DNA of 64,000 nucleotides from Gammaproteobacteria bacterium (GCA_965222615.1 CBDCUI010000008.1:1034705-1098704); one strand, 5' to 3'. Numbered from the stretch's first letter, positions 1 through 11,232 are shown. Notes: generated from the letters alone by a model not told the origin. Translations and numbers: made by a program.

Positions 1-1
1 A

Positions 2-976
<975 letters not shown>

Positions 977-1072
977 ATACCATCACTTGTGTTTAGGATA
1001 TTATTGGTTACTAAATTTTTCAAATTCAAAGAAAATTTCAGTTTCTCATGTAATACAAAGGAGGAACGAATT

Positions 1073-1648
1073 ATGAACAAGATATACTCTAGTAGCCTAA
1101 TGGCGTTGTGCCTATTTTTGGTGGCTTGTGAAGATTCGTCAGAACGTACTGCTAAAAAATCAGAGGCAGTGGCGACAGTTCAATCGGCAGAATCCGATAA
1201 GAGCAGCGGTCTTAAAAGTGCCTGTGATGTATTTCCTTTGGATATTGCGCAACACATTTTAGGCGATAATGTTGAAAAGGGACATGGCAGTCAGCCGGAT
1301 AGCTATGATGAGCAGCTCAAGGTAAGAGTCTCAACATGCACTTATCAAGCAGATGATCCAAATTCGGCGGGTATTTTAGTGGCTTCTCTTAGCCTCAGAG
1401 CAGCTGGCTCAGATAAACAAAGAGCGGACAACGAAGCATTGTTGGAATTAGGAATGCAAGCTTTTGAAAGTGACGATTTTAAAGTAGAGAACATAAATGG
1501 ATTGGGTGATAAAGCATATGCGATTTCGAGCTCACTTGGAGAATTTATTCACATGTTGGCTAATGATAACCAGTACATGCTAATAGTTAGTGCACAAACA
1601 CGTGAACAAACTGAGGAATTAGTCAGGCTTGTGCAGGGAAATTTATGA
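1073..1648 (+). CDS. putative lipoprotein (DUF3558-like)
   Basis: ATG at 1073 after a GAGGA RBS; lipobox LVAC; ACDVFP..ILG and GLGDKAY segments. Confidence 0.6.
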   Translation: MNKIYSSSLMALCLFLVACEDSSERTAKKSEAVATVQSAESDKSSGLKSACDVFPLDIAQHILGDNVEKGHGSQPDSYDEQLKVRVSTCTYQADDPNSAGILVASLSLRAAGSDKQRADNEALLELGMQAFESDDFKVENINGLGDKAYAISSSLGEFIHMLANDNQYMLIVSAQTREQTEELVRLVQGNL

Positions 1649-1713
1649 AATAGTATAAAAGTTGATTTATCCGCAAAGTAGTCTAAAGACTGACATAGTT
1701 TGACTGAAATGAT

Positions 1714-2076
1714 TTATTGTATTGGGCTGATCATTTCGATGATTTCATCAATATAGTCCAATAAGGCGCAGGCCAGCATATCATCTGACTTTTTTTCACC
1801 AATATTCAGCAATCCTTGTAATGCATTGATGATTATCTGTGAATCTTGCTTAGAGTGATTAAGTTGTTCTTCTATATTTTCAATATGTATCATGGCAGCG
1901 GTTTTATCACGATCTGAATCCAGAATATCTGGAAAGTGCGTACTAACTTGTTAGATAAATTTAAGCAGTGCATGTTTTTTGTCTTCATGGGTGTAACCAC
2001 TATAGGCGTGTCTAAGTGGTGGTATCAATTGCACAGGGTAATTTTTGGTTGCGGATTTATCTTTTTCATTGGTCAT
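1714..2076 (-). pseudogene. hypothetical ~120-codon gene interrupted by an in-frame TAA
   Basis: ATG at 2076 with an AGGA RBS overlapping the msrB stop. Reads MTNEKDK...LLKFI*(TAA 1951-1953)QVSTHFPD...MISPIQ* in one frame. Confidence 0.6.
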
Positions 2077-2084
2077 AGTTTTTC

Positions 2085-2579
2085 CTAAGCTGGCTTAAAT
2101 TCAAGTACTTGGCCGTTGTTACACCAGCGTTGGCCAGTAGGTAAAGGACCATCCATAATCAAATGCCCATGGTGACCTGAGCAGCGTGCGCATCGATATG
2201 CTGTGCTTGGCAAAATGCTTCTGAAATCAGCATATACCTCCAGATGACCTTTAATATGGTCACTAAAGCTAGGCCAACCAGTCTTACTGTCATATTTCAT
2301 CTCAGAAGTGAATAATGCCAATTGGCAGCCCACACAATAATAAGTCCCGGGTGCATTAAATGTATTAAAGTCACTGGAAAAGCGTGGTTCAGTGGCGCCA
2401 GTGCGTAATATGGCGTATTGAGCCGGGGTAAGTTTGTTGCGCCAAAATTCGTCGGAGTGCATCCATTTTTCTATACTGGGATCGGCTTTAATTGTAAGTT
2501 TATTATGACCTGAACTTAGTTGCAGCACCGTAAACACTGAAACACCACCAACAGCGAATAAAAAACTTCTTCTATTCAA
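2085..2579 (-). CDS. msrB: peptide-methionine (R)-S-oxide reductase with Tat-like signal
   Basis: ATEPRFS, CxxC pairs (CVGC, CARC), KYDSKTGWPSF, GHHGHL, RWCNNG; N-terminal NRRSFL. Confidence 0.92.
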   Translation of the reverse strand: MNRRSFLFAVGGVSVFTVLQLSSGHNKLTIKADPSIEKWMHSDEFWRNKLTPAQYAILRTGATEPRFSSDFNTFNAPGTYYCVGCQLALFTSEMKYDSKTGWPSFSDHIKGHLEVYADFRSILPSTAYRCARCSGHHGHLIMDGPLPTGQRWCNNGQVLEFKPA

Positions 2580-2704
2580 AATGCATCCTTAAAGTATGCA
2601 GTACCATATCTAAGATCAAGTTTAGCGTTTTGCACGAGGTTAAAGTGAATAATTATGGCCGCAGAAATAGCTAATGTTTTTATTTATATATACTCTATAA
2701 CTAC

Positions 2705-3280
2705 ATGATTAAAAACAGTTATTTAGTATTTTTAATATTGCTATGCAGCATGCTGGCACAATTCAGTATGCAACTTGGTACGGATTGGTTTCAGTATTCC
2801 AGGTCGGATATCGAGGCGGGACAATGGTGGCGTTTTTTTACTGGAAATTTCATTCATCTCAATTGGCGTCATTTTGCAATGAATGCGGTTGGGCTTATTG
2901 TTATTTATGCATTATTCCCAAAAATTTTACGCCCAAACACTTTTTTATTGGCTGTAGTGTTATGTAGTTTGGCGGTCACACTGGGTTTATGGTTGTTCAG
3001 TCCCCTGGTGTATTGGTATGTTGGACTATCAGGTGCTTTACATGGGGTGGTAGTGACATTATTGATTTTGGATTATGTCCGCAGCCGCAGCCTGATGACG
3101 GTTGCATTAGTGCTTCTTGTCTTGGCCAAATTGGTGTGGGAGTTTACTATGGGTCCATTGCCAGGAAGTGAATCTACAGCTGGTGGTCCGGTAGTGGTTA
3201 TTGCGCATCTATATGGAGCACTGGGAGGGTTGCTATTTACAATGTGTCTGTTATGGATAAGTTCTAATAAAAATAATTAG
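2705..3280 (+). CDS. rrtA: rhombosortase (rhomboid-family intramembrane serine protease)
   Basis: QWWRFFTGNFIH..HFAMN, YVGLSGALHG and AHLYG motifs; short 191-aa form. Confidence 0.85.
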   Translation: MIKNSYLVFLILLCSMLAQFSMQLGTDWFQYSRSDIEAGQWWRFFTGNFIHLNWRHFAMNAVGLIVIYALFPKILRPNTFLLAVVLCSLAVTLGLWLFSPLVYWYVGLSGALHGVVVTLLILDYVRSRSLMTVALVLLVLAKLVWEFTMGPLPGSESTAGGPVVVIAHLYGALGGLLFTMCLLWISSNKNN

Positions 3281-3288
3281 TTATATAA

Positions 3289-3597
3289 ATGACTGAAAGT
3301 AAATTATCAATTTTTTTGCAAGATGAATTTCAACAACTTTGTCGCAAAATGACCTACGCAACGGTTATCGCGGTATGCATATTTGCAGTAGTAGCTTGGT
3401 GGTTTGGTATAGAAGTCAAAGGCAATATGGCTACTTTGATTGGGCTTATATTTATAATACTGGCAGTACTAACGTTTAAAATTCCACATATCGCCTATCG
3501 CTATATGTTGAACAAATATAAACACGAGCCCGAAAAGCTGTCCGCATTAGGATCCAGCTGGAAAGAGTTTAAAGATAGTTCTCAACAGCGCTACTAG
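3289..3597 (+). CDS. hypothetical membrane protein
   Basis: 102-aa ORF with two hydrophobic segments, directly after rhombosortase. Confidence 0.6.
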   Translation: MTESKLSIFLQDEFQQLCRKMTYATVIAVCIFAVVAWWFGIEVKGNMATLIGLIFIILAVLTFKIPHIAYRYMLNKYKHEPEKLSALGSSWKEFKDSSQQRY

Positions 3598-3776
3598 GGG
3601 CCTCCAACCAATTTTCTGAATATCCGTTGGACAGAAATTAGTCACTCACTATCTGATGTGTGCTTTCAGATATCTTAGGAGTTCTCTATTCTATAAACTA
3701 ACTTATTCATTTTATTAGTGAAATTAAGCACGTCAATAATTTGGCATGGTTTTGAGACTGATTTTAAAGCGACCAC

Positions 3777-4115
3777 ATGTTGGGGATTTTTCGAAAATCT
3801 AAATTACGCTCGTCTTTTTATCCTCGTGAAGAGCGAAGAGCCATTGAAGGGGAGGTTTATATTAAGCGTCCTGGGCGCGAGCTATTGCTTGCCACTACTG
3901 GAAATATCAGTGCTAACGGGCTTTATGTAGAGATCTTTAACCATGATCTCGATAAAGGCAGAAAAGTAGAAATTATCTTGGTAAAGCAAAACGGCTCGGT
4001 CAAGAAGATCACTAAAATGATGGGAATTGTGGTACGTGCCGATCAAAATGGGGCAGCTATGGTGACCTATAAGCGACAAGATGTAGGTTCCTTAGAAGAG
4101 CTTAGTCCGCCATGA
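3777..4115 (+). CDS. stand-alone PilZ-domain protein
   Basis: RxxxR (REERR) and D/NxSxxG (NISANG) c-di-GMP-binding motifs. Confidence 0.75.
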   Translation: MLGIFRKSKLRSSFYPREERRAIEGEVYIKRPGRELLLATTGNISANGLYVEIFNHDLDKGRKVEIILVKQNGSVKKITKMMGIVVRADQNGAAMVTYKRQDVGSLEELSPP

Positions 4116-4229
4116 TGCGGCTCTGCTGTAGTAGGGGATGAGTAGCCTCAGCTGGGTTTCTCGGGTTAAAAGGTCATTTTTTACAGATAAGCTGTAAGGT
4201 CTAAGTCTGCTTAGCCTCTATAATATCCA

Positions 4230-4290
4230 CTGTAGTTTCTCTCCTTCTGAAGCTGACCCACGTCACATCCTTAAGACGTGGGTTTTTTTT
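4230..4290 (+). ncRNA. candidate ~60-nt small RNA with anti-Shine-Dalgarno seed
   Basis: TATAAT at 4219-4224, CU-rich TTTCTCTCCTT, then the strong terminator; no ORF. Confidence 0.35.
4256..4290 (+). terminator. Rho-independent terminator
   Basis: 9-bp stem ACCCACGTC/GACGTGGGT, 10-nt loop, followed by a T run. Confidence 0.8.
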
Positions 4291-4359
4291 GTCCAATACA
4301 ATGTAGTTCAAATTTTTCCTGTTGCTATAGACTCCATTTTGCTGTGTTAGCATCTCAAA

Positions 4360-4728
4360 ATGAATGCACTGTTATTAATTGCTCATGGTAGCCGAAGACA
4401 AGATTCCAATTATGAAGTAAGAGATTTAACGAATAATCTCGCTCAGATAACGGCCCATAAATTTAAAATTGTCGAATGCGCCTTTCTGGAATTGGCTACA
4501 CCTTCCATCTTTGAAGGGGTAACACGATGTGTACAACGAGGTGCTGAGTGCGTGACTGTCTTACCTTATTTCTTATCGGCAGGGCGACATGTGGTGGAGG
4601 ATATACCTGCTGAACTCGAAAAAGCATTACAAGAGTACCCGACGCTGCAAATTAAAGTCGCTCCACATCTAGGTTCGGCTTCTGGAGTTTGTGATAATTT
4701 AGTCGCCCTATCTGAGTTAGCCATTTGA
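4360..4728 (+). CDS. small CbiX/SirB-family (sirohydrochlorin) chelatase
   Basis: AHGSR, AFLELATP, PYFLSAGRHVVEDIP, PHLG. Confidence 0.85.
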   Translation: MNALLLIAHGSRRQDSNYEVRDLTNNLAQITAHKFKIVECAFLELATPSIFEGVTRCVQRGAECVTVLPYFLSAGRHVVEDIPAELEKALQEYPTLQIKVAPHLGSASGVCDNLVALSELAI

Positions 4729-5831
4729 CACCCAGGCGTTTAATGCCAGTAATTGAAGATAAAAAAACTTCTGTTGATCAAAAAACACGGGGGCGTGGTT
4801 ATGTCGCGAATATACCAAATCGTTTTGATCATATCGTCACAGAATATGATGCAGGAGTTAATGTTCACGATTCCAAAATTGTTCTAACCGAGCTCTCATC
4901 CACACAGGCAAAATTGATCCTATCTAAGAATACGTCACCTGATGTTCCATTTGATCAAAGCTTGAATCCATACCGTGGTTGTGAGCATGGCTGTGCTTAT
5001 TGTTTTGCTAGACCCACTCACTCTTATTTAGATTTGTCACCCGGGCTTGATTTTGAGACACAAATATTTTTTAAAAGAAATGCAGCAGAATTACTAGAAA
5101 ATGAGTTTCTAAAGCCGAATTACGAAGTCAAAACTATTTCACTTGGAAATATAACGGACTGTTATCAACCAGTCGAAAAGCGCTTAAAGCTTACACGCGA
5201 TATATTAAAAATAATGCTGAAGTATGAGCACCCAGTCAGTATTGTCACAAAATCGAAATTAATAGAGCGTGATTTGGATTTGTTGAAGCCATTAGCCCAG
5301 CAAAGGCTTGTGCATGTCGCTATTACAGTAACAACCTTGGATAAAAATTTGGCACAAAAATTAGAGCCAAGGGCAACAACACCTAGTCGGCGACTTGAAA
5401 CGATTCAAGCCTTATCTCAACAGGGGGTATCAGTTTCGGTTTTAGTAGCGCCCATAATTCCTGTTTTGACTGATTATGAGTTGGAAGAGGTTCTTAGGCA
5501 GTGCAAAGAATATGGTGCGAATGGAGCAAATTTTGTAATGCTACGTCTGCCTCACGAATTAAAGGATTTATTTGTGAATTGGCTTGAAAGGCATTATCCC
5601 TTAAAGGCCAAGCACATTTTGAATCGTGTAAAAGAAATGCATGAAGGAGAATTATACCAAGCCAAATTTGGACAAAGAATGCGAGGCTTGGGGAACTATG
5701 CAGAACTAATAGAAAATCGGTTTCGTTTGGCATATAAGAAATTTGGCTACCAAAGTGAATTCTATGAGCTGGATCATTCTAAATTTGTTCGATCAAGTGA
5801 TACGTTGCCAAAACAATTGAATATGTTTTAA
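4725..5831 (+). CDS. PA0069-family radical SAM protein (SPL-like)
   Basis: NPYRGCEHGCAYCFARPTH, TDCYQPVE, LRLPHE; C-terminal QLNMF. Confidence 0.9.
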   Translation: MTPRRLMPVIEDKKTSVDQKTRGRGYVANIPNRFDHIVTEYDAGVNVHDSKIVLTELSSTQAKLILSKNTSPDVPFDQSLNPYRGCEHGCAYCFARPTHSYLDLSPGLDFETQIFFKRNAAELLENEFLKPNYEVKTISLGNITDCYQPVEKRLKLTRDILKIMLKYEHPVSIVTKSKLIERDLDLLKPLAQQRLVHVAITVTTLDKNLAQKLEPRATTPSRRLETIQALSQQGVSVSVLVAPIIPVLTDYELEEVLRQCKEYGANGANFVMLRLPHELKDLFVNWLERHYPLKAKHILNRVKEMHEGELYQAKFGQRMRGLGNYAELIENRFRLAYKKFGYQSEFYELDHSKFVRSSDTLPKQLNMF

Positions 5832-5835
5832 CGAA

Positions 5836-5862
5836 ATATCAGAATAAATCAGAGCTTTCTTA
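5836..5862 (-). repeat. truncated end of palindromic MITE family A
   Basis: Reverse complement TAAGAAAGCTCTGATTTATTCTGATAT matches the start of the 63614 copy with 1 mismatch. Its TAA is the MBL gene stop. Confidence 0.75.
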
Positions 5863-6579
5863 GATCTTAAGTGATTCGATTTCGTCTTTTTTTATGGCGG
5901 AGTAAGGGGAGTTTCTGATTTGATCGTGTACTTTCATACGATAACGTACAAATTTATCGACATCGGTGAAATGCATAAACGGGTTGCCTTCTAATTCTTC
6001 TCCAAGCGTAGATGTTTCTTGTACTGCGTAATGATGACCAGGATGAATAATAATTGAGGAGGGTAGCTCATCGCGAAATCGTTGTAAGGTGGTATGCATG
6101 AGTTCTGGATCGCCACCACTTAAATCACAGCGTCCACATCCAAATACAAACAGTGTATCTCCTGTTATTAAATCATCATTAATACGGTAACATGCAGATC
6201 CTGGGGTGTGTCCTGGTGTATGCATAATTTCAATTTCAGTCACACCTATTTTGATTCGGTCACCGCCATAGTGCAGGCTTGGCTTGGCTAATTCTTTTCC
6301 CCAAAATGAAGCTTCATGTTTAAGCAAATGTATCTGTGCATCATAGTGTTTTAGTAATTCATCAATTCCATTGATGTGGTCATGGTGACTATGAGTTAAT
6401 AAAATGTTTGTAATTGTTACATTAAGTTGTTTAGCGCGTTCTAATATTGCTGGCACATCCCATGCAGGATCTACTACAGCTGCAGTTTTGGAGCTTTCAT
6501 CGATCAGAAGATAAATAAAATTTTCCATTGGCCCTAATTCCATAGGCTCGATGGAATATGTCGATACGTTTTTAAGCAT
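5860..6579 (-). CDS. MBL-fold metallo-hydrolase (glyoxalase II-like)
   Basis: THSHHDH, HTPGHTPGS, TGDTLFVFGCGR, PGHHY. Confidence 0.88.
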   Translation of the reverse strand: MLKNVSTYSIEPMELGPMENFIYLLIDESSKTAAVVDPAWDVPAILERAKQLNVTITNILLTHSHHDHINGIDELLKHYDAQIHLLKHEASFWGKELAKPSLHYGGDRIKIGVTEIEIMHTPGHTPGSACYRINDDLITGDTLFVFGCGRCDLSGGDPELMHTTLQRFRDELPSSIIIHPGHHYAVQETSTLGEELEGNPFMHFTDVDKFVRYRMKVHDQIRNSPYSAIKKDEIESLKI

Positions 6580-6685
6580 AGTTTATTTAAACAAAAATAA
6601 TATAAAGGCTATTATGGAATTGAATATACTATTTTACTACATGTTACAACATGAGATTATAGCTAAAATTACGCTCAAGTAGATT

Positions 6686-7234
6686 ATGAACACTCTCCCG
6701 GATTTCATTGATCATGGACTAGCTATTCTATCGATTGGACTTAATCCATCAACGATTTCAGTGGAAAAAGGCTATTATTTTGCAAATCCTCGTAATAGAT
6801 TTTGGAAGGCTTTGAATACTAGTGATTTGATCCCGGAAGAATTAATACCTTCAGTGGATGCGCAAGAGAAGATGCTGAAACAATATAAAATAGGATTTAC
6901 CGATGTTGTGAAGCGTCACACTCGCATGGGGAAAGACTTGAAAGCAATTGATTTTAAAAAATATGCTCCAAAGTTATACACAAAAATTGAAAAATACCAG
7001 CCAATGGTGTGTTGGTTTCATGGCAAAGTAGCTGTTCAAAAATTTTTGAAATATTCAAATTGTCTTGAAACAGAAATATCGTGGGGAACACAGAACTTTA
7101 AAATCTGCAACTCTGATGCTTTTGTAACTCCAAATCCAAGTCCAGCAAATGCAGCTTATTCACTAGATGTGATTTCAGAGTGGTATACCATGCTCTATAA
7201 TACTGTTAAGCAAAAGGATCATTTAATTATTTAA
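6686..7234 (+). CDS. mug: mismatch-specific uracil/thymine DNA glycosylase
   Basis: IGLNPS, FANPRNRFW, PNPSPANA. Confidence 0.85.
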   Translation: MNTLPDFIDHGLAILSIGLNPSTISVEKGYYFANPRNRFWKALNTSDLIPEELIPSVDAQEKMLKQYKIGFTDVVKRHTRMGKDLKAIDFKKYAPKLYTKIEKYQPMVCWFHGKVAVQKFLKYSNCLETEISWGTQNFKICNSDAFVTPNPSPANAAYSLDVISEWYTMLYNTVKQKDHLII

Positions 7235-7240
7235 TATAAA

Positions 7241-7720
7241 ATGAAGTTTATATTGCTAATATTATCCCTGTTTGTAATTTCGTGTACGAACAATTCAGAG
7301 TTAAAACATGATGATCAACAAGCACGTGACACCCTTGTTGGCGTTTGGCGTGGAGCAGGTAATTATCAAGACGAGGGTGATCGTGGTTGGCGAGAGTATT
7401 GGAAAATGATACGACATAAAGATGGCAGTTATGATGTGAGTTATTTGTTAATTCATGAGAAAAATAAACAATATGAATTGACCTCTGATTCAGGAAAATG
7501 GAAATTCGAAAATAGTAGATATTTTGAAGTAGACCGGCATGAACAAAAGTCGGAGTTTAAAGTTCTTTCGCTAAAAAAAGATTTGTTCAAGTACAATTAT
7601 ATTCAGCGTGATGATAATCTACCCATTAGTGAAACCAAAACCAGTGACAATTATCAATTGCAAGAACCGCCAGAAGGTTATACAGAGTTTGTGTATCAAA
7701 AACCAAATAAAATAGAGTAA
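7241..7720 (+). CDS. hypothetical lipoprotein
   Basis: Lipobox VISC; LVGVW motif suggests a lipocalin-like beta barrel. Confidence 0.6.
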   Translation: MKFILLILSLFVISCTNNSELKHDDQQARDTLVGVWRGAGNYQDEGDRGWREYWKMIRHKDGSYDVSYLLIHEKNKQYELTSDSGKWKFENSRYFEVDRHEQKSEFKVLSLKKDLFKYNYIQRDDNLPISETKTSDNYQLQEPPEGYTEFVYQKPNKIE

Positions 7721-7744
7721 TTATTACTATTTAAGGCTGAGTTA

Positions 7745-8242
7745 ATGTTTAGTAGTCGTGCTTTATATTTTTATGGGTTTATAATATGTGTTGCATCACT
7801 TGCATTCGCCTTTTTTTATCTTGAAAAGACGTTATACTTAGACCCTTGTCCGCTTTGTATTTTCGATCGGGTAGTAATTGCCGCCTTAGGAATAATCTTT
7901 TTTATTGCTTTCTTGCATAATCCAGCATCATTCTTTAAAAAATTATATGGAATTGTATCGATACTATTATGTTTTATTGGGATTGGTCTCGCTTCCAGGC
8001 ATATCTGGTTGCAGAATTTGCCTAAAGACCAGGTTCCGGAGTGTGGGCCTGATTTGTATTTTATGTTTGAGACCTTGCCATTTTTTGATGTAATTAAAAA
8101 AGCACTTTCCGGGTCAGGTTCTTGTGCAGAAGTTAGTTGGACCTTTGCCGGCTTGACGATACCCGAACAGACCTTAATTTTATTTGTGGCATTACTGATC
8201 TTGTCGGTAATCCAGACCTTACGAGCACGTAAATCTATATAA
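7745..8242 (+). CDS. dsbB: disulfide bond formation protein B
   Basis: PCPLCIFDR, HIWLQ, PECGP and GSGSCAEV motifs; 4 TM segments. Confidence 0.92.
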   Translation: MFSSRALYFYGFIICVASLAFAFFYLEKTLYLDPCPLCIFDRVVIAALGIIFFIAFLHNPASFFKKLYGIVSILLCFIGIGLASRHIWLQNLPKDQVPECGPDLYFMFETLPFFDVIKKALSGSGSCAEVSWTFAGLTIPEQTLILFVALLILSVIQTLRARKSI

Positions 8243-8282
8243 ATAGTAAGCAATTTACGTACAATTCCGTTCTTTTGTTTTT

Positions 8283-8433
8283 TAAGGAAACTCTGATTTA
8301 TTCTGATATGGCCCTAGGAAAATGCTTAAGAAAAAATGTCTCGAAATACTCATGTATTAGCCTATACACTTCGCTTTTTCGACATTTTTTGCCTAATATC
8401 AGTCAGCTATGCCAATAAATCAGAGCTTCCCAA
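8283..8433. mobile_element. palindromic MITE-like element, family A copy 1
   Basis: ~20-bp terminal inverted repeats TAAGGAAACTCTGATTTATT / AATAAATCAGAGCTTCCCAA; inner stem AAAAAATGTC/GACATTTTTT; core CTCATGTAT..ATACACTTCG. Confidence 0.8.
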
Positions 8434-8515
8434 GCTATATTGGAATTTTTGTACATTAGAATCCAGGCGATACAGTGAATGTTGAATATTTTTTAGTGTT
8501 AAATAGAGAACTATT

Positions 8516-9673
8516 GTGAGTACGGCAGCAAAAGATATACATCCCATACCAAACCGTGTGCCACCGGCAACGCAGTTTGTGGAATTACGAGGCGATTACG
8601 GCACGTCGGATTTCATCATGCGACGTGGTGGTTTTTTGCCTAAAGTAGTGGTTGCCTATGAATCGTGGGGTGAATTATCCGAAACTCATGATAACGTGGT
8701 TCTGGTATTTACGGGTCTTTCTCCATCTGCACATGCTTGCTCATCATCAAAAGATCCATCTCCCGGTTGGTGGGAATATATGATTGGTCCCGGAAAACCC
8801 ATCGATACCAATAAGTTCTATGTTATTTGTGTAAATTCTCTAGGTAGTTGTTTTGGTTCAACCAGCCCAACTTCGATCAATCCAAAAACCGGTAAGCAGT
8901 ATTGTGCTGAGTATCCCGAGCTAACAATCGAAGATATTGCTAAGGCAGGGCATCACGCCTTACAAGAACTTGGTGTTGATCACTTATGCGCTGTCGTGGG
9001 GGCATCTATGGGGGGGATGTCTTCACTCGCTTATGCATTGCAGTATCCAGATGAAGTCGATTATTTAGTTAGCATCTCTGCAGCTTGTCGTTCTCTACCT
9101 TTAGCCATCGCAATGCGTTCTTTACAACGTGAAATTGTACGCTGTGATCCGGAATGGAAAGATGGATGCTATGAACCAGATGAGGAACCCAAACACGGTA
9201 TGGTATTGGCGCGTAAGTTAGGTTTGATGTCTTATCGTGCTGCTGCAGAGTGGAATGAGCGCTTTAATCGTGCACGTGTAGATCCTTCAAGACGTAGTGA
9301 AGACAAGTTTGGGATTGAATTTGAAGTTGAATCATATCTCGATTACAACGCACATAAATTTGTGGATACCTTTGATGCTAATAGTTATCTATATTTGTCT
9401 AGAGCGATGGATTTATTTGATGTTGCTGAGCATGGAGGTTCGGTAAATGCGGGTTTGGCAAAAATTCATGCTAAAAAATCCTTAGTAATCGGTGTTGAAA
9501 CCGATATTTTGTTCCCAATAAAACAACAAGAAGAGATTTATAATGGAATTAAGAAGGCAGGCCGTAATGTCGAATTTGCGCGTCTACCTTCTATTAATGG
9601 GCACGATTCGTTCTTAATCGATGAGGAACATTTTGCTCCCGTGATGCAAAAGTTTTTTTCTGAATTCGCTTAA
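8516..9673 (+). CDS. metX: MetX-family O-acyltransferase, probably serine O-succinyl/acetyltransferase subgroup
   Basis: GASMGG nucleophile, [16 protein letters not shown] and GHDSFL motifs. TGLSPSAH replaces the HALTG of typical homoserine enzymes. Confidence 0.8.
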   Translation: MSTAAKDIHPIPNRVPPATQFVELRGDYGTSDFIMRRGGFLPKVVVAYESWGELSETHDNVVLVFTGLSPSAHACSSSKDPSPGWWEYMIGPGKPIDTNKFYVICVNSLGSCFGSTSPTSINPKTGKQYCAEYPELTIEDIAKAGHHALQELGVDHLCAVVGASMGGMSSLAYALQYPDEVDYLVSISAACRSLPLAIAMRSLQREIVRCDPEWKDGCYEPDEEPKHGMVLARKLGLMSYRAAAEWNERFNRARVDPSRRSEDKFGIEFEVESYLDYNAHKFVDTFDANSYLYLSRAMDLFDVAEHGGSVNAGLAKIHAKKSLVIGVETDILFPIKQQEEIYNGIKKAGRNVEFARLPSINGHDSFLIDEEHFAPVMQKFFSEFA

Positions 9674-10977
9674 CTGCGTTTATTAATCTCGACGTAATCA
9701 CGTTCATCTGGTCCAGTATATAATTGACGTGGGCGGCCAATTTTTGCCTCAGGATCGCTCATATGTTCCTTCCAGTGGGATATCCAGCCTACGGTTCTTG
9801 CTAAAGCAAAAATTACTGTAAACATGCTTAGCGGAAAACCCATTGCCCGCAAAATTATGCCTGAATAGAAATCTACATTTGGGTAAAGCTTGCGCTCTAC
9901 AAAATAGTCGTCTTCGAGTGCGATGCGTTCAAGTTCCATCGCAGTATCAAATAATGGTTTATTGGGGTTGTCGTCTCCTAGCTCAGCAAGCAATTCATGA
10001 CAGACATTGCGGATTATTTTGGCACGTGGATCATAGTTTTTATACACACGATGACCAAAGCCCATTAAACGGAATTTAGAATCTTTATCCTTTGCACGGT
10101 CGATGTAATAGGCAACATCATTGTCTGATTCGACGATATCTTCAAGCATACGGATGACGGCTTCATTGGCTCCACCATGTGCAGGTCCCCAAAGAGAGCT
10201 AATACCTGCTGAAAGTGCGGCATAAGGGTTTGCACCAGAACTTCCTGCCAGACGTACAGTAGAGGTAGATGCATTCTGTTCGTGATCCGCATGCAAAATT
10301 AAAATAACGTCCATCGCTTTAACAAAAATCGGACTAGGTGTGTATTCTTGAGTTGGAAAACCGAAGGTCATGTATAGAAAATTGGACACATAATCCAAAT
10401 TATTATTGGGGTACATAAACGGTTGACCAACTGTATATTTGTATACCCAAGCAGCCATAGTTGGTACTTTGGCGATTAAACGATTAGCTGCAATTTCACG
10501 AGATTCTGGATCATGTACATCGATTTGTTCATGATAAAAAGCTGATAGAGCACCTACAGTCGCAACCATCATCGCCATTGGATGCGAATTATTATGAAAT
10601 CCCAAATAGAAGCGACGCATTTTTTCATCAAGTAGAGTATGTACTCTAAGTCTGGACACAAATGCATCAAATTCTTGTTTGGTGGGAAGTTCTCCATATA
10701 AAAGTAAATAACAGACCTCTAAAAAAGTACTCTTCTCTGCGAGTTGTTCAATTGGATAACCACAATAACGGAGTAGACCTAGGTCGCCATCAATAAATGT
10801 GATTTTGCTCTCGCAACTGCCGGTAGAGACAAAGCCTGGATCAAAAGTGAAGTAACCCAGTTCTTTATATAAGTTTCCAATATCAATTGTACTTGGGCCA
10901 TTGGCGCCATCAAGAATTGGTAGGTCGACCTTTTTCCCTGTCGAATTGTCAATAACGGTAACGGTTCGAGCTGCCAT
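9670..10977 (-). CDS. gltA: type II citrate synthase
   Basis: [49 protein letters not shown]. Confidence 0.97.
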   Translation of the reverse strand: MAARTVTVIDNSTGKKVDLPILDGANGPSTIDIGNLYKELGYFTFDPGFVSTGSCESKITFIDGDLGLLRYCGYPIEQLAEKSTFLEVCYLLLYGELPTKQEFDAFVSRLRVHTLLDEKMRRFYLGFHNNSHPMAMMVATVGALSAFYHEQIDVHDPESREIAANRLIAKVPTMAAWVYKYTVGQPFMYPNNNLDYVSNFLYMTFGFPTQEYTPSPIFVKAMDVILILHADHEQNASTSTVRLAGSSGANPYAALSAGISSLWGPAHGGANEAVIRMLEDIVESDNDVAYYIDRAKDKDSKFRLMGFGHRVYKNYDPRAKIIRNVCHELLAELGDDNPNKPLFDTAMELERIALEDDYFVERKLYPNVDFYSGIILRAMGFPLSMFTVIFALARTVGWISHWKEHMSDPEAKIGRPRQLYTGPDERDYVEINKRS

Positions 10978-11232
10978 TTAAGACTCTCCTAAATAATTAT
11001 TGGTTAGAAATAAATTGTTTATCTTGTAGCCAAAAGACACTCTCTCCGTCCATCAATTTGGAGAAAACCTTCTGTCTTAGTTCTAATAAGTTAGATAAAG
11101 TACTTATAGTAACTTGCTGTTATTACTAAAGTTACTTGCTGTGTATCGCTGTATTAGCCAATACTAACTTGTTATTTTGTCCAGGAATTATAGCATTTTT
11201 GTGTTATTCAGTGGAGCAAGAGATTTTGACGC

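Noticed and set aside
7816-8253. Antisense and nested ORFs (e.g. 7816-8253, 43981-44385, 52522-52965, 58897-59352)
   Set aside because: They lie opposite or within well-supported genes and show no motifs.
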